Positions 13,158 to 26,420 of a DNA stretch of 64,000 nucleotides are shown here, piece after piece. Positions within the stretch are counted from its first letter, which is position 1, and every line of letters starts with the position of its first letter. The notes under the pieces are model-generated. The model was not told the origin of the DNA, searched no databases, and saw nothing but the letters and a program-made list of their open reading frames with translations. The stretch spans positions 22,258,001-22,322,000 of the forward strand of contig NC_043021.1 in assembly GCF_006345805.1 (NCBI RefSeq). The letters are read 5' to 3'. The position numbers were made by a program, and so were the translations under genes. This stretch comes from Octopus sinensis (lineage: Eukaryota).

Positions 13158-13415
13158 TAACAATTGTTGAACACGTGCCAGTTGATAATGTCGATCCTAA
13201 AGGTCAAATGTTACGTATTTTATCGACCTCGAAAGGATGAAAGGAAGAATTGACAGTGGAAAAATAGGAACATGGAATAAATGCAGTTCAGCAATTTGTC
13301 CGGTTTGTAAACGATATTTCCGGTCCATCGTCAGAAATTCCTAAATAATAAATGCACTTGCGAATTTTTCTTTTAAATGTCTGTTTAGTTCAATTTTTTT
13401 TAAACAAAAGCATAT

Positions 13416-13498
13416 TTCTGCTATAGCCCCAGGCCGACCAATGCCTTGTGAGTGGATTTGGTAGACGGAAACTGAAATAAGCATGTCGTATATATGCA

Positions 13499-13537
<39 letters not shown>

Positions 13538-13748
13538 TTGTGTGTCTGTGTTTGTACACCTAGCATTGCTTGACAACCGATGCTGGTGTGTTTACGTCCC
13601 CGTCACTTAGCGGTTCGGCAAAAGAGACCGATAGAATAAGTACTGGGTTTACAAAGAATAAGTCCTGGGGTCGATTTGCTCGACTGAAGGCGGTGCTCCA
13701 GCATGGCCGCAGTCAAATGACTGAAACAAGTAAAAGAGCGAGTAAAGA
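13416..13748 (+). mobile_element. SINE-B, 5'-truncated
   Basis: Starts at TTCTGCTATAGCCCCAGGCCGACC and runs to the tail repeats. Confidence 0.9.
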
Positions 13749-13922
13749 GAGACTCACAAAAGCAAATAGACTCACAACGAGAAAATATATATCGAATGAC
13801 AGTTTGCGGCATTCATTTTGCAATACACTTATTAATCTTGCTTATTTTTTTAGTCCTCATCATTTCCTTTCGCCCATCTTACAAAATCTGAATGGCCAGG
13901 TACGAAGGATATGAGCAAAGTA

Positions 13923-13924
<2 letters not shown>

Positions 13925-13996
<72 letters not shown>
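13925..13996. repeat. (GA)n microsatellite
   Basis: Direct inspection. Confidence 0.95.
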
Positions 13997-13998
<2 letters not shown>

Positions 13999-14459
13999 AG
14001 ATATGATTCGTGGCTTTAAATCGTTAATAAGCAATATCGCTCGTCAGTGGAATCCTCCGGTAAATAGACACATCTTCTCAGCTGTCAATACGTGTTGTAA
14101 TATTGAATAAAATGAGTGTTATCCGTGGGACGACATCACCGTTACAATTATTGATAGCTTCATTACCTTGCTACTTGCTGTGCAAAATTGAAAGTTTCGT
14201 TGGAATTTTTGTTTTGTTTTTTTTTTTGGTTTTTGTACAATGTACTTCAACAGCCTGAAATTCTCTAAATACAATATGCTACATTATGCCAATATGTTCA
14301 CCGCAAGGCCCAGTAGTTGGTGGTTCATGGCAAGACCTTACAATAAGCGCAGTTGTACATATGAATAAAATATATGTGTGCGTGCGCCCAAGTGTGCGTG
14401 GGAGTGTTTGTGTGTATACATGTACATTTATATGTGTGTATATATGTGTGTGTAAGTAT

Positions 14460-14480
14460 GTATATATATATATATATATA

Positions 14481-14511
<31 letters not shown>

Positions 14512-14515
14512 ATAT

Positions 14516-14569
<54 letters not shown>

Positions 14570-14607
14570 ATAGTCAGATAAAGATAGATGGATAGATAGG
14601 TAGATAG

Positions 14608-14644
<37 letters not shown>

Positions 14645-14667
14645 TATAGATAGATAGAATGATAGAC

Positions 14668-14721
<54 letters not shown>

Positions 14722-14730
14722 TATATAGAC
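14460..14730. repeat. (TA)n/(TAGA)n/(GA)n compound microsatellite
   Basis: Direct inspection. Confidence 0.95.
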
Positions 14731-15029
14731 AGATAATATATATGACTTCAGAATTGATTCATGAAATGGAAAAAAAACCCACAAAATATGGAGAGCTATT
14801 TAGTGAATGACAGAGGGAGGAAACAGAAGAATAAAAAAAAAAGCTAAAGGCAGTAATATATAGAAATGACAAGTAAATTTAGAGTGGCAGAATGAAGGAT
14901 GAATGAAAAAAAAACCGAAGAAAACTAAGACGAAGAGAACGGACAGTATATCACTTTCACAGTAACGAGGTTTCCTTCTTGCTTTATGACTTCGATCATC
15001 GTTTGTTAATTTATTATTGTTTGTATATA

Positions 15030-15035
15030 TCTCAT

Positions 15036-15105
<70 letters not shown>

Positions 15106-15150
15106 CATTATTATTATTATTAGTAGTAGTATTATTATTATTATTATTAC

Positions 15151-15188
<38 letters not shown>

Positions 15189-15355
15189 TATTATTATTAT
15201 TAGTATTAGTATTATTATTATTACTATTATTATTATTATTACTATTATTATTATTATTACTATTATTACTATTATTATTATATTATTATTATATTATTAT
15301 TATTATTATTATTATTACTATTATTATTATTAATATTATTTATTATTATTATTAC

Positions 15356-15403
<48 letters not shown>

Positions 15404-15540
15404 TATTATTATTATTATTACTATTATTATTATTATATTATTATTATTATTACTCTTCTTCTTCTTCTTATTATTATTATTGTTGTTGTTGTAGTTGTTG
15501 TTGTTTTTGTTGTTGTTGTTGTTGTCGTTGTTGCTACTGA
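15030..15540. repeat. Triplet microsatellite grading ATT to CTT to GTT
   Basis: Direct inspection. Confidence 0.95.
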
Positions 15541-15986
15541 TGTTCTTGTTTTGCTTTTTTCAGAATTGAATGGAACTGGAAAATATCAAATGTTTATTTA
15601 GATTTCTTTTGAGATATTATATATGGCAGACAGACTCCAGTGTTTCAAGGAAGCCAAATTTGATTAGGAGTGGAAATGGTGAGGCCTTAAAATGGTGTTA
15701 GGCACCAGCGTGAGAAATATCTATTACTGATATTATTGTCAGACAACTAACACGGCAGAAGAAGCCAAAAAGTTTTGAATATAATTTTTTTTTTTTTTGC
15801 GTTAGGACACGAAATTCTTTCTTCACATATATAGATTTATTTTCTATTTTATCCTTTTTTTATTTCGCACAGAATTTTCATATATGCCATCAAGCATAAC
15901 ACTGTATTTTTGCATGTTTTAAACACACGTTGAAGCACACGCGCACATGCGCGCACTCAAGCTCGCACACAGGAAAACGCACACAC

Positions 15987-16052
<66 letters not shown>

Positions 16053-16194
16053 TATATATATATATATATATATGTATATGTATATATATGAATATACATA
16101 CATATATCTCTATGTATGTATGTATATATATACATATATATGTATATGTATATATATGAATATGCATACATATATCTCTATGTATGTATATGTA

Positions 16195-16225
<31 letters not shown>

Positions 16226-16408
16226 CATATACATACAGAGAGAGAGAGAGGTGAGAGAGACGTAGATGTATAGATAGATAGATTGGTAGATAGACAGATA
16301 GATAGATAGACTGATGGAAAGATAGATACATACATAATAGACATTCACATATATGTATGTATATATGTATGTATGTGTGTGTGCGTGCACGTGTGTGGTG
16401 TGTATGTG

Positions 16409-16450
<42 letters not shown>

Positions 16451-17240
16451 ATATAATAGATAGATAGATATATATATATAAATGTCTATGCTTCTTTGTG
16501 TGTATATGTGTATATGTGAATACTTCCTTCGACTCTTCAAAACACGATGACGCCATCTTAACGAAATAATATCAGACAAATTTCTCATTTTTTTTTTGTT
16601 AATATCTGGTATTTATAGTTTTTACATGAGATATCTTCTCGTTTCCTTTCTTGGCTACAAGTTGCAAATATCAGAAGGTTTCCGAATAATATTCGATCGG
16701 TATGATATGTACGATACAATTGTTAGATGTTTCAAAATCAATTACTTATAAAGCGAGAGATGTCTGAATATATTCTTTTTTTTTCTGTCTCAACAAAAAT
16801 ATAAGAATTTTTTTCTGTGTTTATTAAGTAGAAAATATAGTATGTCTACAAGAATCGTGCACAAGTGTTGTCCACAGTGAAATCTATGACAATATGTAAC
16901 AAGGAAAAGTTTGAATAGAAATAATACTTACTGCATACGCACAAGGATTGAAATTTAGAAGGGTAAGTCAAGTTGATTTTATCCACCACAGCGCTTCATA
17001 CTTGTTTATCGTATCAGTAACGAAAAGATAAATTGCAAAGTCCGGATAGGTAGCATCTGACCATTGGATTTAGGCCCAACAAAATCTCCTAAGCCTTTTT
17101 AGGGCGCAGTAATGATCCGTTCTTTGCGCCCACTTTAATGTTTTTTCATCGCAATCCAAACCATGAAAATCAAACTGAACTTCGTCTACATTAAACTCAA
17201 AACGTAAAGCCGGAAAATTTCCACAAAACCTCTCTTGATG

Positions 17241-17295
<55 letters not shown>

Positions 17296-17310
17296 GGATG
17301 ATGATGATGA

Positions 17311-17504
17311 TTTCAAATTTTGCCACAAGGGCAGTGATTTGGGGGAGAGCAATAAGTCGATTACATCGACTCCAGTGTTCAACCGGTACTTAATTTATCG
17401 ATCGCGAAAAGAAAAAAAAATGAAAGGTAAAGTCAACCTCGGCGAAATTTGAACACGTCGGGCGAAATACCACTAAGCATCAACGATTCTGTCAACTCGC
17501 CGCC
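17311..17504 (-). mobile_element. SINE-A old-type, flanked on both sides by (AAT)n
   Basis: Reverse A head ends ...CTCGCCGCC at 17504; (AAT)n at about 17241-17294 and 17508-17598. Confidence 0.8.
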
Positions 17505-17507
17505 ACA

Positions 17508-17552
<45 letters not shown>

Positions 17553-17557
17553 TAATA

Positions 17558-17597
<40 letters not shown>

Positions 17598-18721
17598 CAT
17601 ATTGGTAATTACAACCAATTACATAGAACTCATTTTAAGACTGGTATCGAGCCTAAAAGGGTATAAGGGAAACTCCTCCTAGGTGGAGTATGAACTTAGA
17701 GCGATAACACGAAAAAAAGTCTGCTAAGCATCTTGCACGCAGTGCTAACGGCTCTGCCATTTTGCACATGTAACGCTGATGTAATTAATAGCTTTTGTCT
17801 ATTTCTGTATCTTCGCTCAATGTAAAACAGCGGAATAGAAATTCGTATGTACGTCGCAGAATGTAATGTTGAAATAAAACCATAGACCAATTCTTAGAAA
17901 TGAGCATTGGGAAAAGAAGCAATGAGAAGAGAATGCGGAAGGATTATCAGAAATAGATATCTTTTATATAAAATCAACAGGAGGTATAAAAGTATGGTGT
18001 CAACGAGTGAATGCATGAACGTGGCTTAAAACGTTTGTATGTGACGTGAATTTGTCTGTATACGAAAATTAGAAGTCACTGTCTTAAGAGTGTATAGTCT
18101 CGTCTAAGCTCCGGAAACTAAGCATTTCACAAGATAATCGTGACTAAAAGAAGAACGTTGCATAGGTGACGTGTCTACATGCGATTGGCCGAAAATTGTG
18201 TTATAAGTGAGTCATATATTATACCCCACCCCCCACGCCCACAAAAAAGGTGGCTGATAAACATCTTTGGATAGAAAATTTGACATTGACAGATAAATTG
18301 AATTCCGCTGTCATTCATTCAACTAGACATCTGATGAAAAATAAAGTAAATATCTAAATAGAGGCATTCTTATTGAACAGAATTTTGGTTCATACACATA
18401 TATACACACGCACATAGATAAATACACACACACAAACACACACACACGCTCATACTTATATTCATACATACATACACAACTTCATACATATTTGTTCGGT
18501 GATACCAACCGGAAAATTAAACATAAGAATATGATTATTGACGTATATTTTAAATTTTAATGATGATAAGAAATTGGTGTGACTGAATAACCAAATAATT
18601 CGTGCATTCCAACTATATCCGTGTCAAGTTCCCCAGCATGAAGCTCTAAGCCCTTCTGTCCTTGATTAATTTGTGTCGATTATAATTTATAAACAAAATA
18701 TATATGTAAATATCATGTTGA

Positions 18722-18921
18722 ATCGCTAACTTCTGCACGCATTTTTTCTCTCTCCTTGTTTCTCTCCGTGTTTCTTTTCTGTGTATCCTACTGTTGAAGA
18801 GCGTAGGCTCGAAACGTAAAATACTTGTTTTATTTATATTCCTGAGCGCCATACTAATACAATTGTTTGTTTGTACTCCACCTGCCTTCGTCTTTTGTTT
18901 ATTTTCATAAAGCTTCCCGTT
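18722..18921 (+). mobile_element. Family E copy
   Basis: CTGTTGAAGAGCGTAGGCTCGAAACGTA at 18791; ends CCCGTT + (TA)n. Confidence 0.75.
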
Positions 18922-18934
18922 ATATATATATATA

Positions 18935-19155
18935 TATTTCTTTACTACCCACAAGGGGCTAAACACACAGGGGACAGATAAAGGGATTAAGTCGATTACA
19001 TCGACCCCAGTGCGTAACTGGTACTTAATTTATCGACCCCGAAAGGATGAAAGGCAAAGTCGACCTCGGCGGAATTTGAACTCGGAACGCAACGACAGAC
19101 GAAATACGGCTACGAATTTCGCCCGGCGTGCTAACGTTTCTACCAGCTCGCCGCC
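18935..19155 (-). mobile_element. SINE-A young-type, full length
   Basis: Near-identical in reverse to 771-1000. Confidence 0.9.
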
Positions 19156-19214
19156 CGTATATATATATATATAGTATATATATATATATGATATTTATAT
19201 ATATATATATATAT

Positions 19215-19251
<37 letters not shown>

Positions 19252-19622
19252 ATGTGCGTGTGTAGGTGTGTGTGTGTGTATGTGTGCGTGTCTGTGTGTC
19301 TGTGTTTGTGTCTGTGTATGTGTGTGAGTGTGTGCGTGTTCGTGCGTGTATCAGTGGCATAGTGGTATCACTTCGGTAGCCTTAATTATAAATTTAGTTA
19401 CATTATGATATATCTAACATAATTATTACCTATAAGTTTTTCTTTTCCAAGATGGCCGCTTGATATATTCGTTAGTTTATATAATGTTTTTTATCTTCTT
19501 TATAAATAAATATATATTCGCTTCGTCATTATAATCCCTGCGCTGATATTTTTCATCAGAGAGCACACGGTGAAGGATGGACAAAGGAATTGGTATCTGT
19601 ATTCGTATGTTGTGTGTATACA

Positions 19623-20046
19623 TACTCTTTTACTCTTTTACTTGTTTCAGTCATTTGACTGCGGCCATGCTGGAGCACCGCCTTTAGTCGAGCAAATCGA
19701 CCCCGGGACTTATTCTTTTTTTGTAAGCCCAGTACTTATTCTATCGGTCTCTTTTTGCCGAACCGCTAAGTGACGGGGACATAAACGCACCAGCATCGGT
19801 TGTCAAGCAATGCTAGGAGAAACAAAACACACACACACAAAAACACACACACATACACACATACATATATATACATATATACGACAGGCTTCTTTCAGTT
19901 TCCGCCTACCAAATCCACTCACAAGGCATTGGTCGGCCCGGGAGCCATAGCAGAAGACAGTTGCCCAAGGTGCCACGCAGTGGTACTGAACCCGGAACCA
20001 TGTGGTTGGTAAACAAGCTATTTACCACACAGCCACTTCTGCGCCT
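19623..20046 (-). mobile_element. SINE-B, full length
   Basis: Collinear with 1946-2355. Confidence 0.9.
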
Positions 20047-20074
20047 ATTTACAATTATGTACTAAATTTGGTAT

Positions 20075-20132
20075 ATCTCACTGATGAAGGCAGAGAATAT
20101 TATTACTTAAGCAGAAACCGTTGATCTGGGAT
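20075..20132 (+). ncRNA. Degenerate type I hammerhead-like motif
   Basis: ATCTCA-CTGATGA-...-GAAAC-CGTTG-ATC-TGGGAT; stem I closes, stems II and III carry mismatches. Confidence 0.35.
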
Positions 20133-20365
20133 TATCCATTAATTTTTTGCTATTTTATTTGATCATTTATCTTTTCTCTTGTGCTGATGTTATTTTGGAG
20201 TCAGGCTTTGACTGATATTTCCGAAATGGTGAGATCTCTTCGATACCCTTAATTATGATTTTAATGACATCAATATATATCTATAATAATTATGACCTCT
20301 AAGGTTATTTTTTCCATGCTGCCCACTTGATGTGACCGTTATTTTCAATAATGGCCTTATCCTCT

Positions 20366-20415
<50 letters not shown>

Positions 20416-20475
20416 ATGTGTGTGTGTGGTGTGGTGTGTGTGTGTGTGCGTGTGTGCGTGTAGGGTCGTGTGGGT

Positions 20476-20511
<36 letters not shown>

Positions 20512-20567
20512 AATGTATGTATATGTATGCGTATATATACATATATATGTATATATGTATGTATGCG

Positions 20568-20613
<46 letters not shown>

Positions 20614-22010
20614 GTACACACATACATACATAAAGATATATACGTGTATATATCTATATACAGATTGATATAAAGATACATAGATGCATAAATAGATAGA
20701 GGAATACATTCATAGACACACAGACAGACAGACAGACAAAGAGAAGGACGAACGGACTGATGGATAGACGGACAAACCTTAGCATAAATGTCCTTGGTAG
20801 GGCTTAAGACAATTTTCTGAAGTTACATTGAGAACACCACGATGCCTCGATACCAACTTCTGTAGATTTTCAAGAGAAGTCACTAGTAGTTATTTTTGAA
20901 GTCTTCTATCAACATTCAGGTGTCAGTTTTCCTAGTAGGAACCTATGTACTAATTAATAAAGGGAGTTGAAATTAATGCGTGCCAGATTTTACTGTTCTA
21001 GCATCACTCTTTTTACAGTCAGCCTATGAACTTTTCAGCCCGTCCTCGCAAACATACTCATATATATATATATATAATATATATATATATGAGCATTTAT
21101 ATGAGTATATATATATGAGTATATATATATATATGTACTCATATATATATGAGTACATATCTATGCGCCTGTATATCTATATGTGTACGTGAGGGCGTAT
21201 GTGCGGATGTCAGTGTTTGTGTGTGAATAAAGGTAGTGAAAGAGAGAGAGAGAGAGGAGGAAGACAGAGAGTCATGCGTGAGAGTGTATAGCTATGTGTG
21301 TATGTGTGTATGTACGCCTACATACCTCCACTCGATATCTGTATGTATATAGGGCGTGCGCATGTGTCTATTTTTGCATGCGTATTGATATCCGAACAGA
21401 AATTCATTCCTCACAATCCCCCGGGTTAAATCATATATCTTCATTCATTTATATTTTGATGTGAAATGTGAACAAAAAAAAACAAAAACAAAAAGAAAAC
21501 ATGAAAAGTGTCCTGCAGAATGCTTCCCAAGCTAAACCGTAGAAATCTTTCCACCACGTTAATCATATTTTAGTTACATCATCCTGTTGCTTTTGTCAGC
21601 CTTCAGAAATATACTAGCCCTATCCTGCTTCAAAAAACACTAACTCCTCATACAGTGTTATCTACCTTATAGTAGTTTTCACAAAATGTTTCTTTTGAAC
21701 GCGATTCCTTTCATTCTTTGTTTTATAAGCCTCTATACTCCTATCGGTGAAATTGTTTCGTGAAAACTACACATTCTTATTTATTATCATTGACTGAAAA
21801 CACCATATCTAACTAGAATTTACAAGATACTTGGTTTGAACGTCGGGTAATATGAACTGACATAAGTAATTCGTATGCCTGTGTTCCTGTTAAGTTCGAT
21901 TCGCAAACGCTACTTTCCAGGTTCTAATATCTCTATGAAGTCAATAGAAGAATCGCCCAGTTGTTGCACTATAGAAAGTGAGTAAAATATAGTTGGCTAA
22001 TATTGTGTTT

Positions 22011-22350
22011 GGAGGCGCAATGACCCAATGGTTAGGGCAGCGGACTCGCGGTCAGAGGATCGCGGTTTTGATTCCCAGACCGGGCGTTGTGTGTGTTTAT
22101 TGAGCGAAAATATCTAAAGGCTCCACGAGGCCCTGGCAGGATAGGGCTAGTATATTTCTGGTGGTGGTGACCCCTGTTGTACTCTATCGCCACAACTTTC
22201 TCTCACACTATCATTCTGTTTCTTGAGTAACGCTGCGATGGACTGCCGTCCCTTCCAGCTGGGGCGGGTGGGGAGAGGGAACACATACGCCACAGAAACC
22301 GGGAATCCGGCCCCATGAGCCTGGCTAGGCTTGAAAAGGGAGACGTTTAT
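22011..22350 (+). mobile_element. SINE-D with alternative tail T2
   Basis: D head and centre up to the pyrimidine tract, then GAGTAACGCTGCGATGG...CCCCATGAGCCTGGCTAGGCTTGAAAAGGG, unrelated to T1. Confidence 0.8.
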
Positions 22351-22608
22351 CGTTTTAATGTTGTGTTTGAGGCTACCATATAAACGTACGTATATTTATA
22401 TATGTGTATGTGTACTTGTGTATGAATTTCTGTATATTTATAGATGTATATGTACATACGTATAGCATATTGCAGACCTATCGTTTCGATCTCAGGTAGC
22501 CATCACGTAAGAATTTTGGATTAAACCAATTCTAATAACGGGATTCAGAGAGACAGGGAAAATGAAAGAGAGAGGTAGATAAGTCGATATATATATATAT
22601 AATATATA

Positions 22609-22657
<49 letters not shown>

Positions 22658-22791
22658 TGTGTGTGTTGTGTGTAGTGAAGAGAAATATAGATAGATAGAT
22701 TGATGATAGATAGAGATAGATATAGATAGATAGATAGTAGATAGATAGATAGATAGATATATAGATAGATAGATAGATAGATAGATAGATC

Positions 22792-22822
<31 letters not shown>

Positions 22823-23378
22823 GGAGTTGTTACATAGACACAGATATAAAAAAGCAATCGAGTTTAAGAAAATATCTGTGGCTAGGGGCGACCACTTTAT
22901 TAATAAAGACAATAAAGTTTGCGAATACAAAATGTCTTTTGATATTTCACTTTCTAATATTATTAATTATATTTATGAAGAACGACATAAGAGTGAAGAG
23001 TCAGTCTTTACATAAACTTTCCGATAGAGTTACATATGACTTAAGAAGTTTCTTCTAGTTTGTTGGAAGGAAATTTTGCTTCAAAATTATTCGCTTAATT
23101 GTTTCAGAATGGGGGAAATATTTAAGGCTTGTAGTGTTAATCGTCTTAAGATAACATATAATTCTATTAGTTACGGTTTATTTATTTGCTTTTTGAATAT
23201 AATTCTCTTCATGTATACATCAGTTGAATAATTAGATGCTGTGGCGATTTAGGGGGGAATATTTATTATTAGATGTTGTTACCAATGTTATAGTAACTAT
23301 TTTCATACAAATAGCTAACTGTGGAAGTGTTAACGAAATTGCGTCATTGCTTACTAATCGATGAGAGATTCATGCTTG

Positions 23379-23580
23379 ACACAAGGTGTGCAGTTTCGTG
23401 TGTGGGGGGGCGGTAAATCGATTATATCGAGCCCAGTAATCAACTGGTACTTATTTGATTGGCTGCGAAAGGATGAATGACAAAGTCAATCTCGACGGAA
23501 TTTGAACTCAGAACGGCAGGAAGTCGAAATTCCGCTATGCATTTCGTCCGGTGTACTAGCAATTCTACAAGTGAGCCGTC
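23379..23580 (-). mobile_element. SINE-A old-type, diverged
   Basis: GAAAGGATGAATGACAAAGTCAATCTCGACGGAATTTGAACTCAGAAC matches the A reverse strand. Confidence 0.75.
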
Positions 23581-24000
23581 TTGGTTGATGCTTATATTAG
23601 CTAATATCATTTGTAGTGCATTATTCTCTTTGTGTATACTTATTCAGGTATATGTTTAACATATTTCCATATGTGTGTTGAACCAAGTCACAGCTTAATG
23701 GCTTCGGAGGAAACCACAGCAGTTCTCATATTTCTACTTTCATATGAGCTGTGAAGAGAAAAGATTTATTTACCTACTCAACAACATATTCATCTATATT
23801 GTCTACATTTCTTGACGAGTTTTATGCCGTTGACGAGAAGAGATTTCGAGATAATATTCGGCGAAGTTAAATTTGGAAAACTCAATGTAATTCTTACTAT
23901 TTAAACTTATTAAAATCGATAATGAATAAATTTGCAACTAATCTATTCCTGGAAGTCAAGTAACAGCCGATTCCTACTGATAATATAATTACAGATACTA

Positions 24001-24470
24001 CGGCTGCGAGCTGGCAAAGTCGTTAGCACGTCGGGTAGCAGAACCTTGTCCGTCTTCACGTTCTGAGTTCAAATTCCGCCGTGGTCCACTTTCATATTTT
24101 CGGGGCCTTTCATATTTTCGGGGTCAGTAAAGTAAGTACGTATTTCTTTATTACCCACAAGGGGCTAAACTTAGAGGGGACAAAAATGACAGACATAGGT
24201 ATTACGTCGATTACATCGACCCCAGTGCGTAACTGGTACTTTATTTATCGACCCCGAAAGGATGAAAGGCAAAGTCGACCTCGGCAGAATTTGAACTCAG
24301 AACGTAACAACTGACGAAATACCGCTAAGCATTTGGCCCGGCGCGCTAACGTGTCTGCCAGCTCGCTGCCTTACAATAAAGTAAGTACCGGCTGAACACT
24401 GGGGCGATGTAATCGATTTAATCCTTTCCTACAAAGTTATTGGCCTTGTACTAACATTTTATACCAATAT
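24001..24470 (+). mobile_element. Old SINE-A interrupted by a young SINE-A
   Basis: Head 24001-24139 and tail 24377-24470 flank the inverted insert; direct repeat TAAAGTAAGTAC at 24128-24139 and 24377-24388. Confidence 0.8.
24141..24372 (-). mobile_element. SINE-A young-type, full length, nested
   Basis: Complete reverse copy flanked by a 12-bp target-site duplication. Confidence 0.9.
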
Positions 24471-24907
24471 TGCTTAACAATTTCTTACTAGGAAATTTTG
24501 ATCTCGATTTTTGCAGTCATTCAGAATGGAAATAACTTACAACATATCCTTTGGCTCAACGTATGTTTTGTGTTTATTGAACAAAGCCTGGTATCACATA
24601 ACATAATTTTATAGCTATATATTTCCTTCAATAGTTAAGTTGCTTCAAGTGTCCGTTCTTGTTATAATAGAGCTTTAAACAAATGTTTGACTTGTATATA
24701 GTATAAACTGTCTCTTATCTTCTAGAGGTATTTGCTTAATTTTCGTTTTATTTCTACGTGTACTAAATATCGAAATTAACTTTCTCCTGGAAGGTATGTT
24801 TGAGCTTTTGTCAAATTATGCTGGATACCTTATCTAAATAATAGAATGATATATGCACACACGTACAAACACGTACACGCACGTTCACACCAACACACAC
24901 ACACACA

Positions 24908-24950
<43 letters not shown>

Positions 24951-25013
24951 CGCCTGTGTGTGTGGTTGGTCCGTCTTCACGTTCTGAGTGTACAACAACA
25001 TCATATATATATA

Positions 25014-25055
<42 letters not shown>

Positions 25056-25173
25056 TAGATAGATAGACAGATATATATATATAGATAGATAGATAGACAG
25101 ATAGATATGTGAATATGTGTTTATGTTACATGTATGCATATATATATATTTCATTGTTGTATTTGGTTTTATG

Positions 25174-25244
<71 letters not shown>

Positions 25245-25824
25245 TTATGTAATTAAGTGCGGTTGAATGTAACTACATAGGTATGTGTTTACATACGAAA
25301 AAGTTTGGACGTGCATGTCAGACAGAGTAATAGTAAATTAAGCACAAAATCTTCAAACGCCGATAAATTATTGAGAACTTTAAATGCTTTTCATTTCTTC
25401 GATAAGCACGATTCGTGGAAGCAGAAATATAATTAAGTTTGTTGAATAGAAACATCAAGCTTTACCATTTCCTTCACAATATAATACAGGTATAGAGTGC
25501 GATACAGCACCTGCAGTTGCCACAGACTAAAGTGTTTATTCACATACCAAAAGCAAAGTGCCTGAAAGAGATGGAAATTTCTTCAGCAGGTATGTATATA
25601 TATGTAAATATATGTTTGGGTGTGTAGGTTAAATTTCAATTTTCTGATAGCAACAATTTCTAAAGCAAGATGACAACCAACAGACAATTGCGCTACCATC
25701 TCTGTTGCTAAGCTACGAAGTGATGCCGTCCTCGCATATATGGTTTCATCTTAGAATCTTCTTTTGTCTTTTCGTTATATTTTCATTTATTGATTGATAT
25801 TTTTGTTAATGTTACTGTTCTTGC

Positions 25825-26017
25825 TTTTGTTGTTGTTGTGGTGGTGGTGGTGGCGGTGGTGGTTGTGATGGTGGTAGTGGTGGTGAAAATGATGGTGATG
25901 TTTGAAATGGTAGTGGTTGTTGTGGAGGTTGTGTGTTAATGGTGGAGATGGTCGTGGTGGTGGCTATGTACAAAGATTAGAACAAAACCATTACCATCAT
26001 CATCAACATCATCATCG

Positions 26018-26049
<32 letters not shown>

Positions 26050-26420
26050 GTCGTCATAATTATCATCACCATCATCGTAATCGTCATCGACATTATCCTA
26101 ATAAAGATCAAGATGATGAGCTGACAGAATCGTTAGTATGCCGAGCGAAAAGCTTACAAATATTTCTTCCGCCTTCGCCTTTCTGAGTTCAAATTCTGCC
26201 GAGGTCGACTTTGCATTTCATCCTTTCGAAGGTGATGAAAATAAGTGCCAGTTGACTTACACCTCCCTCCGATATTTGCTAGCCTAATGCCAAAACTTTA
26301 AATCATCATCATCATCATCATCATCATCACATCATCATCATCATCATCACCATCATCATCACCATCACCATCATCATCATCATCATCATCATTATCATCA
26401 TCATCACCATCATCATCATG
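25825..26420. repeat. (GTT/GGT)n and (CAT)n tracts around an old SINE-A (26117-26305, +)
   Basis: Direct inspection; GAGTTCAAATTCTGCCGAGGTCGACTTTG at about 26185. Confidence 0.85.

Noticed and set aside
2765-16852. ATGTCTACAAG at 2765, 4138 and 16842 (could read VCLQE, as in the endonuclease motif)
   Set aside because: Flanks are unrelated and no extended endonuclease homology is visible; an 11-mer recurrence alone is not enough.
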